From NCBI GenBank assembly GCA_018897195.1, contig JAHILH010000004.1:149678-209049 (forward strand): a stretch of 59,372 nucleotides of DNA. The letters run 5' to 3'. Source of the DNA: Patescibacteria group bacterium. Its GTDB lineage: Bacteria; Patescibacteriota; Patescibacteriia; Patescibacteriales; UBA12075. Of this stretch, positions 50,547-59,372 are shown piece by piece; within the stretch, counting starts at the first letter, position 1; the number at the start of each line of letters is the position of its first letter. The position numbers and the translations under genes are program-made. The notes beneath the pieces were generated by a model, which was given only the letters and a program-made list of their open reading frames with translations, made no database searches and was not told where the DNA came from.

Positions 50547-50687
50547 ACTTAAGTCCACAAAACTGTGGACTTAAGTTTTATAAAACTTGATTTTTGTTTA
50601 AATATAATGTATTTTGTAATTAAGATGTTCGGGAGGGATTAATTTAGTAAAAAATAGACTTAAGTCCAGAGTTTTGTAGACTTAAGT
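50547..50687. repeat. Cluster C of the 11-8-11 palindrome (2 copies with opposite spacer orientation, 50547 and 50658)
   Basis: ACTTAAGTCCA-CAAAACTG-TGGACTTAAGT and ACTTAAGTCCA-GAGTTTTG-TAGACTTAAGT. Confidence 0.9.
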
Positions 50688-50699
50688 TGTAAAAAAACT

Positions 50700-51086
50700 A
50701 TGAATAGTAATCTATTTACCTTAAAGTATTGGTTTAGTATGAATGCTGGTAATTTGGCGCCAGTAGCTCAAAAAGGTTTTGTTGTTTTTTTGGTATTATT
50801 GCTTGCGTTGGCAATTTATGCCAAGCTTAAAAAGAAGGATAAGGGTATATATTTTAGAATTTGGAAAAAATTAGATTCATTTGGAACCACCAATTTAATC
50901 ATAGGTTTGTTTTTATTGTTTTTTACCTATGAGGGAGTGGTGTTCTTGTCTATGCGCTTTTGGTTTTTGTTATGGTTGGCGAGTATGATTATGCTTTTGT
51001 ATTTTGTGCACAAAGAATTTAAAAAAATACCAGAGCTTCGCGAGAAGAGAAAGCAGGCGGAGGAATTTAAGAAATATATTCCCTAA
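50700..51086 (+). CDS. Hypothetical membrane protein
   Basis: 128 aa, about 3 TM helices, C-terminal KYIP. Confidence 0.75.
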   Translation: MNSNLFTLKYWFSMNAGNLAPVAQKGFVVFLVLLLALAIYAKLKKKDKGIYFRIWKKLDSFGTTNLIIGLFLLFFTYEGVVFLSMRFWFLLWLASMIMLLYFVHKEFKKIPELREKRKQAEEFKKYIP

Positions 51087-51442
51087 TGCATTATAATAAA
51101 GAAATTGGTAATTTTGGAGAAGAAATGGCAGTAAAGTTTTTAATCAAGAAGGGTTATGAAATAATCGGGCGTAATATTCAAATGGGACAGAATGAGCTCG
51201 ACATTGTCGCCAAATTTAAAGGATTATTAGTCTTTGTGGAAGTTAAAACAAGTACCTCGAAAGATCTACTGGCGGAGGATAATATGAATAGAAATAAACT
51301 CAAGCATTTTAAAAGAGCGGTAGCTGATTATTTATCTCTAAAAAAGTTATCCTCAGATTACATCCGCCCAGACCTGATTTCAATCGATCTGGATATGCGC
51401 ACAAGAATGGCTAAGGTTCAGCATTTTGAGGACATATTTTAG
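51086..51442 (+). CDS. yraN: YraN/UPF0102 family protein
   Basis: GNFGEE.A..FL..KGY.I..RN, ELDIVA, FVEVKT. Confidence 0.92.
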   Translation: MHYNKEIGNFGEEMAVKFLIKKGYEIIGRNIQMGQNELDIVAKFKGLLVFVEVKTSTSKDLLAEDNMNRNKLKHFKRAVADYLSLKKLSSDYIRPDLISIDLDMRTRMAKVQHFEDIF

Positions 51443-51735
51443 AAAAAATTAAATAAAGTGAATAACTTTGAAGTGGCTTATACATTATGTGTCCACAGAC
51501 AAGTCCACAAGAAAAACTGTGTTTACGCACAGTTTTTGCGCTTTTAGAGCTATTTTTAGTCTATTGACCAAAGATAATTTTTTCGATACAGTGATGATAA
51601 TAAAGGAAACGAAAATGGTTCTTTCTAAATGAATTTAAATACAGTCAAAATAAACAAAAAATACCAAAAATAAACTAAAACAAATAAGGATGAAAATGAA
51701 TTAATTTAATAATGTTTTGAGGAGGTTGTATTTAT

Positions 51736-53019
51736 ATGAATTTTTTTAAGAAAATAAGTTTATTTATTTTTGTTTTTCTTTTTTTGGGCTTGATGCCTGT
51801 ATTGGCAAAAGCAGATAATAATCAGAAAGTTGAGGCACCAGCAATTTTGAATGCTGATTTAGCAAGTCCCCACTCTCGTTGGGGTCGTCCAATTGTAATC
51901 GGTTTGGCGCCAAAAGGATCCGAAGTATTTGTTTATATCGACGGTAACTTTTCTGGAGTGGCTAAAATTAACGAGAGCAAAACAGAGACAAATAATTTTT
52001 ACTACCAACCCATTGAACCTATCTCAGCCGGTGAGCATGTTATTTCGACAGTTGCAAAAAATAGGACAACTAAAACGTTATCAGGTTTTAGTCAGAATAA
52101 AGTTGTTGTTGTAACAACATTGGCAACACCAACAGTTTTTAAACCAAATGAAGACACTATAACTGGTAACAATAAGCCGTTAATTAGCGGTTTGACCAAG
52201 AGTGGAACTAGGGTGTTGATTTATATTGATGGCGTTTATAACGGCAAGACAGAGGTGACAACTCATGAATCAGGCACAGCCGGATTTGTGTATAAACCAT
52301 TTTTACACCTAGGAGTCGGTACACACACATATTTTGCAATTGCAGAGACCAAATCTGGCAGCAAGAGTGCACAATCAAGAGCGGTATCGTTTAATATTGA
52401 AAAAAAATATCCGGCGCCAACTTTGATTTCTATAAAGGTGAATCAAAAATTGATTACCGGTCTGGCCAAGAACAATTCCAAAGTTCAGATTTATCTTGAC
52501 AAAAAACTAGTTGGTCAGTTCAGGGTTGTGAATCACAAGTCAGGAACAGCAAATTTTGCCTACACTTTACAACAACCCTTGACAAATGGTGCACATATAG
52601 TCTATGCTGTATCCATTGACGAACGAGGCAAGGAGAGTATTTGGTCAAATATTAAGAGTTTTAATGTAATTCCACCAGCTGAGAATAATCCAGTTATCAG
52701 TAAGGAGGCAGTCAGTGAGAGCGCCGCGGAAACTAAAAGTCCTTCCAACGCTCCAGTGATTGAAAATCAGGATGCAGCCTTAAATGAAATCTTAAGCACA
52801 TCATCGACCGAAAACAAGGCAACGCAAACTTCCGGCTTGATTGATGAAACAAAGAGTAATCAAGGTAAATTAAGGATGAATGTAATGGTGTTTGTTGTAT
52901 TTCTGGTAGCCTTAATGGTGTGGATATTTTGGGTGAATCGAGAATTGATTAAAGAGAAACGCGGTAAGGAAGATGTGGAAGAAAAAAAATCCACAGATAA
53001 AATCGTAGAGAAAAAATAA
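51736..53019 (+). CDS. Surface protein with three Ig-like (Big) repeats, signal peptide and C-terminal TM anchor
   Basis: Repeated I.GL....S.V.IY.D...G.H...A units; hydrophobic segments at both ends. Confidence 0.8.
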   Translation: MNFFKKISLFIFVFLFLGLMPVLAKADNNQKVEAPAILNADLASPHSRWGRPIVIGLAPKGSEVFVYIDGNFSGVAKINESKTETNNFYYQPIEPISAGEHVISTVAKNRTTKTLSGFSQNKVVVVTTLATPTVFKPNEDTITGNNKPLISGLTKSGTRVLIYIDGVYNGKTEVTTHESGTAGFVYKPFLHLGVGTHTYFAIAETKSGSKSAQSRAVSFNIEKKYPAPTLISIKVNQKLITGLAKNNSKVQIYLDKKLVGQFRVVNHKSGTANFAYTLQQPLTNGAHIVYAVSIDERGKESIWSNIKSFNVIPPAENNPVISKEAVSESAAETKSPSNAPVIENQDAALNEILSTSSTENKATQTSGLIDETKSNQGKLRMNVMVFVVFLVALMVWIFWVNRELIKEKRGKEDVEEKKSTDKIVEKK

Positions 53020-53315
53020 TTTTGGATGAATGAAAGATATTGGAAGAACGATGATAATTGAGAATATATATTTTATATATTTGTGGGTGTAATGAGCCCA
53101 TTGGCCATATGAGCAGATAAAATTCTCCGCTCAGACGGGCCCCTTCTTTTGCTTTTGAAAACACCCTTTTGGTTAATTACCAGAAGGGTGTTTTCTTTTA
53201 TATAAGCCTAAAAACACACTGCTTTACAAAATAGAGATAATATGCTATATTATAGTCATCAGTTTAATTAATTATTTATTGGTATAAATATATTTTATGC
53301 CTAATTTGTAAAAAT

Positions 53316-53762
53316 ATGGGAGAACAATTTTTAAATAGAGCTAAAGGAGAGGCTGTGGAGAGAGACTGGACTGGTAATTTAGACAGAGAGGGTGTGGGGG
53401 CGTCTAAAGCGCGCGCCGATGAGCAGACTTGGCGAAAAATTGCTAAAGCAAAAGGCATGTCTGAGGAGATGTATACGATGGCAGTTGAGGAGTTTGGGAC
53501 CGAGAAGGCTAAAAAATTAAATGATCGCGTGAAGGCACAACAAGTTGAAGATAGTAGTAATAGTGACGAAAGTTTGGCGACCGACTTGCAATATGTTACA
53601 AGAAAATTAGAGGCAAAAGAGTTGAGGGCAGTGCGGGCAGGCATTAAAAAAAGTGAGACAAATAAAAGCGAGGAAGGTGGTATGGAAAAAGAAAAAGTTG
53701 CAGAAAATAAAAAACCAGAAGGTGCATTGCAAAGAATTAAAAATTTTTTTGGCAATAAGTAG
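53316..53762 (+). CDS. Hypothetical charged helical protein
   Basis: 148-aa ORF with plausible composition. Confidence 0.6.
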   Translation: MGEQFLNRAKGEAVERDWTGNLDREGVGASKARADEQTWRKIAKAKGMSEEMYTMAVEEFGTEKAKKLNDRVKAQQVEDSSNSDESLATDLQYVTRKLEAKELRAVRAGIKKSETNKSEEGGMEKEKVAENKKPEGALQRIKNFFGNK

Positions 53763-53811
53763 TTAAAAGAAATAAAACAAATTTAAAAGACCCTTTATTA
53801 GAAAGGGTCTT

Positions 53812-54372
53812 TTATTTTGTTGAATCGGGCTCAGCTATGTGCTTATTAAGCAGGCGTCTTAATTCACAAAACATTTTTTTGATGTTTCTGATCGAATCGC
53901 GAGACTCATTATTGTTGCGAGGCTTTATTTCAGAAACTATGTTGTCAAATATTTTAAAGGAAAAACATGCGCCAGCATACTTCAGTTTATTTTGTTCGTA
54001 CAAAGTTGCTGTTTCTGCTCGCAATCTTTCAACGTCCTCGTTCATATAGATAAAATTTATTCCAGAGTTAAAATCATTTATCTCTTCGTTGCTGATGAGA
54101 TTAAATTTTTCCGGGTAAAACGTTAGTAAAAGGTTGCCTAGTTCACGATTGGTCAAACAATGAACGTTGCGGTAATCAATTAAAAGTTGATACAGATGGG
54201 GATTAGTGTGACTATTGATGCCGTGGTTGTCATTGGGCTTGTCAAATTTTTTATAGCGTCTTTTGTCTTGAAACTCAGAAAAACGAGGATAAGTTTCTTC
54301 CCACTGGAGTAATTTTTTACGAACTTGGCATTTTATTGTCTTGAAAATATTTCCTATTATTTTCATGATCAA
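53812..54372 (-). CDS. Hypothetical protein
   Basis: 186-aa ORF with an AGGAG upstream; convergent terminator at ~53784-53812. Confidence 0.6.
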   Translation of the reverse strand: MIMKIIGNIFKTIKCQVRKKLLQWEETYPRFSEFQDKRRYKKFDKPNDNHGINSHTNPHLYQLLIDYRNVHCLTNRELGNLLLTFYPEKFNLISNEEINDFNSGINFIYMNEDVERLRAETATLYEQNKLKYAGACFSFKIFDNIVSEIKPRNNNESRDSIRNIKKMFCELRRLLNKHIAEPDSTK

Positions 54373-54881
54373 GTTCTCCTTTTTTTATTTTTTAAAGGGC
54401 AATTGGATTAATAAACCATCTTAGGTAATTAAAACCTCTTTGTCAATTATTATTGCAAGGTGAAAAAAATCGATGTAAGTAACTAGCTGTTTGCTAGTCT
54501 TTTTGTTTTTAAAATAGTATATTTATGCTAATATTAAATTTTAAATATGTATTTTTGTGACATTGGACGACAATTATATAAAATAGGATAGTATAATATA
54601 AAATAGGATAGTATTAGTAACTATAATAGACTGTTGATAACTAATATAGACAATGGATGACAAAATTGTTATAATTAAAATAACATTAAAAAAAATTTGC
54701 CAATCTTGTGGATAAGATGGCGTAATATCGATTTTTATTATGAATATTTCACTAATATACAAATCAGAATTTTCCGTGTCTTTGCCTTGGAAGATCATTT
54801 GTATATTCGTAGAGTATTTGTGGTTACGTTCGGTAGTAATTATTCGAGAAAAGAGCAGACCTCTTTTCTTTTTTGTTTTCC

Positions 54882-55058
54882 ATGTTTAAAAACGACGACA
54901 TTCTGACAATTGAAGAAGTCGCTGCAGTCCTTAAGGTTTCCAAGAGGACTGTTTATCGTTGGATAGATAATAAGGAATTAAAAGTAGCCCGGATTGGTCG
55001 CAAGACTTACCGGGTTTTTGAGTCTGATTTAAAAAGCTTCGTTAAGAAGTTTATGTAG
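54882..55058 (+). CDS. Excisionase-like HTH DNA-binding protein
   Basis: LTIEEVAAVLKVSKRTVYRWI...LKVARIG..YRV. Confidence 0.88.
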   Translation: MFKNDDILTIEEVAAVLKVSKRTVYRWIDNKELKVARIGRKTYRVFESDLKSFVKKFM

Positions 55059-55087
55059 CTCTTTAAAGTAAACTAAAATCCTTTCTT

Positions 55088-55290
55088 CGCAATTTCAGAG
55101 TATTTGTAAAAAAGTATTCTGAGGGTTGGGTGGAAATCCAACACGAGTTTTAAATTCCCATGCGAAACTCATGCCGCCTTAATTTTTGTGGAGTTTGAGC
55201 CATTTCCCCATGCGCTTAGACTCCACGAAAAGGCACCATAATTTTATTATCTATATTTGTACCCCCTCCTGTTTTTTTTTGGGGGGGGGT
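55088..55290 (+). other. Candidate structured RNA/leader with tandem hairpins
   Basis: Four stem-loops with G-U pairs; two loops carry TTCCC(C)ATGCG. Confidence 0.5.
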
Positions 55291-55312
55291 GATAACGAAG
55301 AGTTAAAGTGAT

Positions 55313-57238
55313 ATGAATCTAATAAAAATTACAATTAAATATTTGCTAGTTGTGTTGATGGTGTTATCTCCATCTTTAGCTTCGGCTGAAATGCGGAGCA
55401 ATAGTTATATTCTTAATGAGAACGTGAACCATAGTTTTAATGGGCCGATTATTTCTGGTGTGAGTCATTCTGTTTCTGGTGTCGATGTGACGGTAGCATT
55501 TGTGACCAATGTGATTGCTGATGCTTTTGTAATTTATAACACTGATCCGGCTTTTATTGATAGCATGGAGCAAGGTACGAGCATTAAGAGTGGTACAAGT
55601 CACAATATTGCGTTAAAGGGTTTATTGGCTGATACGACTTATTATTATCGTGTTCGCTCTGAGCGGGTAAATGGAGGGGTGTCGACTGATATAACTTCGC
55701 GTAGTTTTGTGACTGGACATGGACTGGAAGCAGAGACTGTAGTACCTGTTAGTGGCGGTGGAACATTGATTATTGATAAAACTGATAAGATAGCACCGAT
55801 TATAAGCAATGTGCAAATAAATATTGTTGATGAAGCTAGTTTGAGTATGTCTTGGGACACAAATGAGGAGGCGACGAGTTTTGGCGAGTATGGAGAAACA
55901 CAGCAATATGGAAATACTAGTGGATTATGGGACAAGGTGATTAAGCATGTCGTGATATTGAAAAATCTGCAACCAGAATTAATTTACCATCTTCGACCAG
56001 TGTCGAGTGATGGGTGGGGCAATGTTGCTTATGGTGAAGATCAGATTTTTAATACCGTAGCTGGTAAAAAAGTTGAGGGTGAATTTATTGCGTCTACCAG
56101 TGAAGAAAATAAGGCAATGGAAATAAACCAAAGTGTATTAGCGGAAGCAGCGAAACGAATGATGAGTTTTGTTCAGCGCTTATTTCCGCAAGCGACGTTG
56201 AATGATAAATCAACCCTGGGTGAAATAACAACTATTGAAGAGTTGTCTCGATTTATTCCCGCCCCCATTTTATCGGGTGAACCAAGAATTGAAGCGGGAT
56301 CGGATAGGGCGACAATCTTTTGGATAACTGATATTGATGCATCTTCGCAAATAGCTATTTCGCCTGATGCAGACTATAAAAACAGAAAAGGTGAATTATA
56401 TATTCAGGTTGTTGGTGACGCACAGAATTTAAGTCAGAATCATAGTGTTCAAATTTTTGGCTTACAAGCGGATACGGCTTATCATTATCAATTGCGTAGT
56501 AAGGCGAGTTTTGGGCCAATGGCGTTTTCTCGTGATTTTACTTTTCGAACGATTGATGATGGAGTAAAAATTGTTAGTTTTTTGACACAGATTAAAAATG
56601 ATCAGGCTGCTTCAATAAAATGGGTTACAAATAAAGAAGCAAATAGTGCAATTCAATATGCGCCCTATCACGACAATCTAGTTGCCTTGGATGAAGTAAA
56701 AATAATCAAAAATGATGAGTATAATATAATTCATGAAATTGATGTTAATGATTTTCAGGCTGGTGTATTTTATGATGTGGAAATAATCAGTGTTGATAAA
56801 AAAGGCAACACGGTGAAGGAGAAACTGGATCGTTTTTCAACCCAGGAAAATGATTTGCCTCCGGAGATATCTAATATAAAAACTAATTCCACGGTGTTTA
56901 TTGATAGAAATAATAAAACGCAAACCGTTATTTCTTGGTTGACCAATGAGCCAACTAGCGCACAAATTTTTTACCAAGAAGGTGTACATGGAGCAGGAGG
57001 AGAATTAAGTGAGAGTACAGATGTTAATAATAATTTTACCAAAGAACATATTTTTGTTATTACCAAGTTTAAGCCGGGAACTGTTTATAGTTTTCAGATA
57101 AGGGCGATTGATTCTGGCGGAAACGAGGTGTTGTCAAAAATTAACACTTTTATGACGGCGAAAAACAAAGAATCAATTATTCAAGTAATAATTAAAATAT
57201 TGGAAGACACCTTTGGTTGGGTGAAGAAGCTAATGTAG
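55313..57238 (+). CDS. Secreted fibronectin type III / purple-acid-phosphatase-N repeat protein
   Basis: Signal peptide and about 5 repeats of W.TN...S...Y...H...L..L...T.Y.YRV.S. Confidence 0.85.
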   Translation: MNLIKITIKYLLVVLMVLSPSLASAEMRSNSYILNENVNHSFNGPIISGVSHSVSGVDVTVAFVTNVIADAFVIYNTDPAFIDSMEQGTSIKSGTSHNIALKGLLADTTYYYRVRSERVNGGVSTDITSRSFVTGHGLEAETVVPVSGGGTLIIDKTDKIAPIISNVQINIVDEASLSMSWDTNEEATSFGEYGETQQYGNTSGLWDKVIKHVVILKNLQPELIYHLRPVSSDGWGNVAYGEDQIFNTVAGKKVEGEFIASTSEENKAMEINQSVLAEAAKRMMSFVQRLFPQATLNDKSTLGEITTIEELSRFIPAPILSGEPRIEAGSDRATIFWITDIDASSQIAISPDADYKNRKGELYIQVVGDAQNLSQNHSVQIFGLQADTAYHYQLRSKASFGPMAFSRDFTFRTIDDGVKIVSFLTQIKNDQAASIKWVTNKEANSAIQYAPYHDNLVALDEVKIIKNDEYNIIHEIDVNDFQAGVFYDVEIISVDKKGNTVKEKLDRFSTQENDLPPEISNIKTNSTVFIDRNNKTQTVISWLTNEPTSAQIFYQEGVHGAGGELSESTDVNNNFTKEHIFVITKFKPGTVYSFQIRAIDSGGNEVLSKINTFMTAKNKESIIQVIIKILEDTFGWVKKLM

Positions 57239-57263
57239 AAATATAAAAAAATAATCAATAATA

Positions 57264-59372
57264 ATGTTTAAAGTAAAAATAAAAACTAAATATGCGATGA
57301 TAATGATGACTGGTTTATTCCTGTTGTTTAGTGCTGTTTATGTAAATGCAGCTTCGATGTTGAATTTCTCTGGAAAAATTACTGATGTCGGCGGTGCGGA
57401 ATTAGCTGATGGTGTTTATGATATGAAATTTAAGATTTTTGATGCGCAAACTGCTGGCAGTATTCTGTGGAGTGAAGATTTGACAACGGTGAATAGATTC
57501 GGTGGGATTATTAGTAGTGTGTCTGGTCGAGTTTATACATATAGCAGTGAACATGCGACCACAACTTTACGTGTTGGACAATATTTATATAATGCCTCAA
57601 CAAGTGAAGCGGCCTTGATTGTTGATTTTAATCAGGGAGCGCAAACGATTACAGTGGCAAGCGGTTCGCCAACATGGTCGGTTGGACAAGTGATTAACAA
57701 TAGACCATTTGTGGAAGGTGGAGTGATTAATGAAAACCTAGGCTCTGTAACAGACCTTGATATTGATTTTAGCCAAACTCGATATCTGGAACTAGAATTT
57801 AATGGAGAGGTGATGGAGCCAAGGAAAATTCTTGATACGGCCGCTAATGCTTTTAACGCGGAGAGATTGGGTGGGCAAAATGCTAGCGACTTTGCTAACG
57901 TGAACAATAATTTGAGCGTCTTTGGGCAATGGGATTTTGTGAATATTTTGAATGTATCAACAAGTTCGGCAACCACAGCTTTGACTGTTAATCAGGGGGG
58001 TACGGGCGATATTGTGAGATTTATGCATGGCACAACAACGTCATTTGCAATTTTAGCAGATGGACAAGTGCGTTTTGAAAACTATTCTTTCCCAATTTTA
58101 GATGGTGGTGCGGGCTATGTTTTAAAGACGGATGGCAATGGCGTAGTTAGTTGGCAAGTTGATTTAACTTCTAACGTTGGATCATCGTGGGCGACCAACA
58201 TAGATAATTCAATAATTTATCCCGCAGATACAGCGCAAATAGTTGTGGTTGGTAGTAATGCAACCTCAACACCTGGTTATCGTTTAGAGGTGCGCAATGG
58301 CAGTTCTTTATTTGAGGGGGTGCGGATTAGTAATAGTTTATTTATTGGTGGAGCGATTACAAATGGGCTTTGGAATGGCGCGGCAATTACTAATACATAC
58401 ATTGCCTCTAGTTCAGTTTGGAACAATACTTACAACGTGGTCACTGCCAGCTCTACAGAATGGCAGACTGGTTATACTTATCGATTAACTAGCGCCTCCG
58501 GAGAATTTACATTAAGCAATAATCAGTTAGCAATTAACGCGAGTTATAATATTCCGCTTACCGCCAGCACCTCTCAATGGGTTACTGCCTATGGTTGGGG
58601 TAACCATGCTTTAGCTGGTTATCTAGTGAAGGCAAATAATTTATCTGATTTGAATAGTTCTTCAACTGCCAGAATCAACCTTGGTTTAGCGATTGGGACA
58701 AATGTACAAGCATATAGTGCCAATCTTTCCGAGCTGGGTGCGCTTGTTAAAGCTGCTGACAAGATGATTTATTTGGATGGCTTCGGAAATTATAATTTAA
58801 CTGCCTTTACAACTATGGCTAGATCATTGATGGATGATGTTGATGCGGCAAGTATGAGGACGACCTTGGGATTGGGGACGATGGCAACTATAAATAATAT
58901 TGGTTCAACAACGATTACGGTTTTAGGAACGGTGACGACTGGAAAGTGGCAAGGCGATGTTGTTGCTGTTGCATATGGTGGTACTGGCACAAGTACGGTT
59001 CAGGCCGGCTATCTGTTAATGGGTAATGGTAGTGGTGGTTATAGCCTAGTAGCATCAACTACATTGGGTAGCACGCCAGCGCTAACTGGTTTAACTGATG
59101 TAAATATTTCCGGAGTACAAAATGGACAATTAATTCGTTGGGATAGTGTAACAAGTAAGTGGGTAAATATTTCAACCAGTTCCCTGAATATTGACCTGGG
59201 TAATACCACCGGCACATTGGCAGTAAATCGTGGCGGTACAGGTAAAATTACCTGGACTCAAGGTGGACTATTATTCGCAACTACAACAAATGAATTAGCT
59301 CAAATTGAAAACGGCACCAGTGGTTATGCTTTGACTTGGAGCAATACTCTAGGTAGACCTGTTTGGGCGAGC
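57264..59372 (+). CDS. Giant secreted/surface protein, N-terminal 703 aa; runs off the window end
   Basis: Signal peptide (MFKVKIKTKYAMIMMTGLFLLFSAVYVNA), then NFSGKITD..G...DGVYDMKFKIFD...LWSE...YLELEFNGE.MEPR, followed by tail-fibre-like motifs (GYVLKTDGNG..SW, NNLSDL....AR.NLGL, V.AYGGTG, V.RGGTG). Confidence 0.85.
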   Translation, partial: MFKVKIKTKYAMIMMTGLFLLFSAVYVNAASMLNFSGKITDVGGAELADGVYDMKFKIFDAQTAGSILWSEDLTTVNRFGGIISSVSGRVYTYSSEHATTTLRVGQYLYNASTSEAALIVDFNQGAQTITVASGSPTWSVGQVINNRPFVEGGVINENLGSVTDLDIDFSQTRYLELEFNGEVMEPRKILDTAANAFNAERLGGQNASDFANVNNNLSVFGQWDFVNILNVSTSSATTALTVNQGGTGDIVRFMHGTTTSFAILADGQVRFENYSFPILDGGAGYVLKTDGNGVVSWQVDLTSNVGSSWATNIDNSIIYPADTAQIVVVGSNATSTPGYRLEVRNGSSLFEGVRISNSLFIGGAITNGLWNGAAITNTYIASSSVWNNTYNVVTASSTEWQTGYTYRLTSASGEFTLSNNQLAINASYNIPLTASTSQWVTAYGWGNHALAGYLVKANNLSDLNSSSTARINLGLAIGTNVQAYSANLSELGALVKAADKMIYLDGFGNYNLTAFTTMARSLMDDVDAASMRTTLGLGTMATINNIGSTTITVLGTVTTGKWQGDVVAVAYGGTGTSTVQAGYLLMGNGSGGYSLVASTTLGSTPALTGLTDVNISGVQNGQLIRWDSVTSKWVNISTSSLNIDLGNTTGTLAVNRGGTGKITWTQGGLLFATTTNELAQIENGTSGYALTWSNTLGRPVWAS

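Noticed and set aside
51490..51537. GTCCACA pair as another palindrome copy
   Set aside because: Only AAGTCCACAA matches and the right arm is absent; the adjacent hairpin reads as a terminator.
53276..53755. 159-aa minus-strand ORF
   Set aside because: Antisense to the 148-aa plus-strand ORF; its Ser/Leu/Phe-rich composition is typical of shadow frames.
54882..55058. Second integrative element suggested by the excisionase-like HTH
   Set aside because: No integrase, att repeat or tRNA nearby; more likely a stand-alone regulator.

Overview
This is an AT-rich bacterial chromosome window that spans the probable replication origin (rpmH-dnaA-dnaN, ~21 kb; the + strand looks C-rich left of it and G-rich right of it, judged by eye). 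Gene content and style suggest a Patescibacteria/CPR (Parcubacteria-like) genome, which is an inference. Positions 1-10.3 kb are the right part of an element integrated at the tmRNA 3' end. It carries a tyrosine integrase, an excisionase, a primase-helicase, a PLD-nuclease R-M system with two C5 methyltransferases, and a probable Sir2-HerA pair. The rest holds ssrA/smpB, six tRNAs, a two-subunit group 3b-like [NiFe] hydrogenase beside an oxidative-stress cluster, hypCDE with a truncated hypF, housekeeping genes, an orphan chemoreceptor and the start of a giant surface-protein locus. Three signals are not explained by the annotation. (1) Ten copies of an 11-8-11 palindrome (ACTTAAGTCCA-N8-TGGACTTAAGT) sit in three clusters around oriC, with compensatory substitutions and interspersed DnaA-box-like sites. 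(2) A ~46-nt two-hairpin motif is shared by the pnp leader and the 3' region of a zinc-ribbon gene. (3) A multi-hairpin leader with a repeated loop motif lies between an HTH gene and the surface-protein genes. All calls come from reading motifs by eye; no database searches were run.
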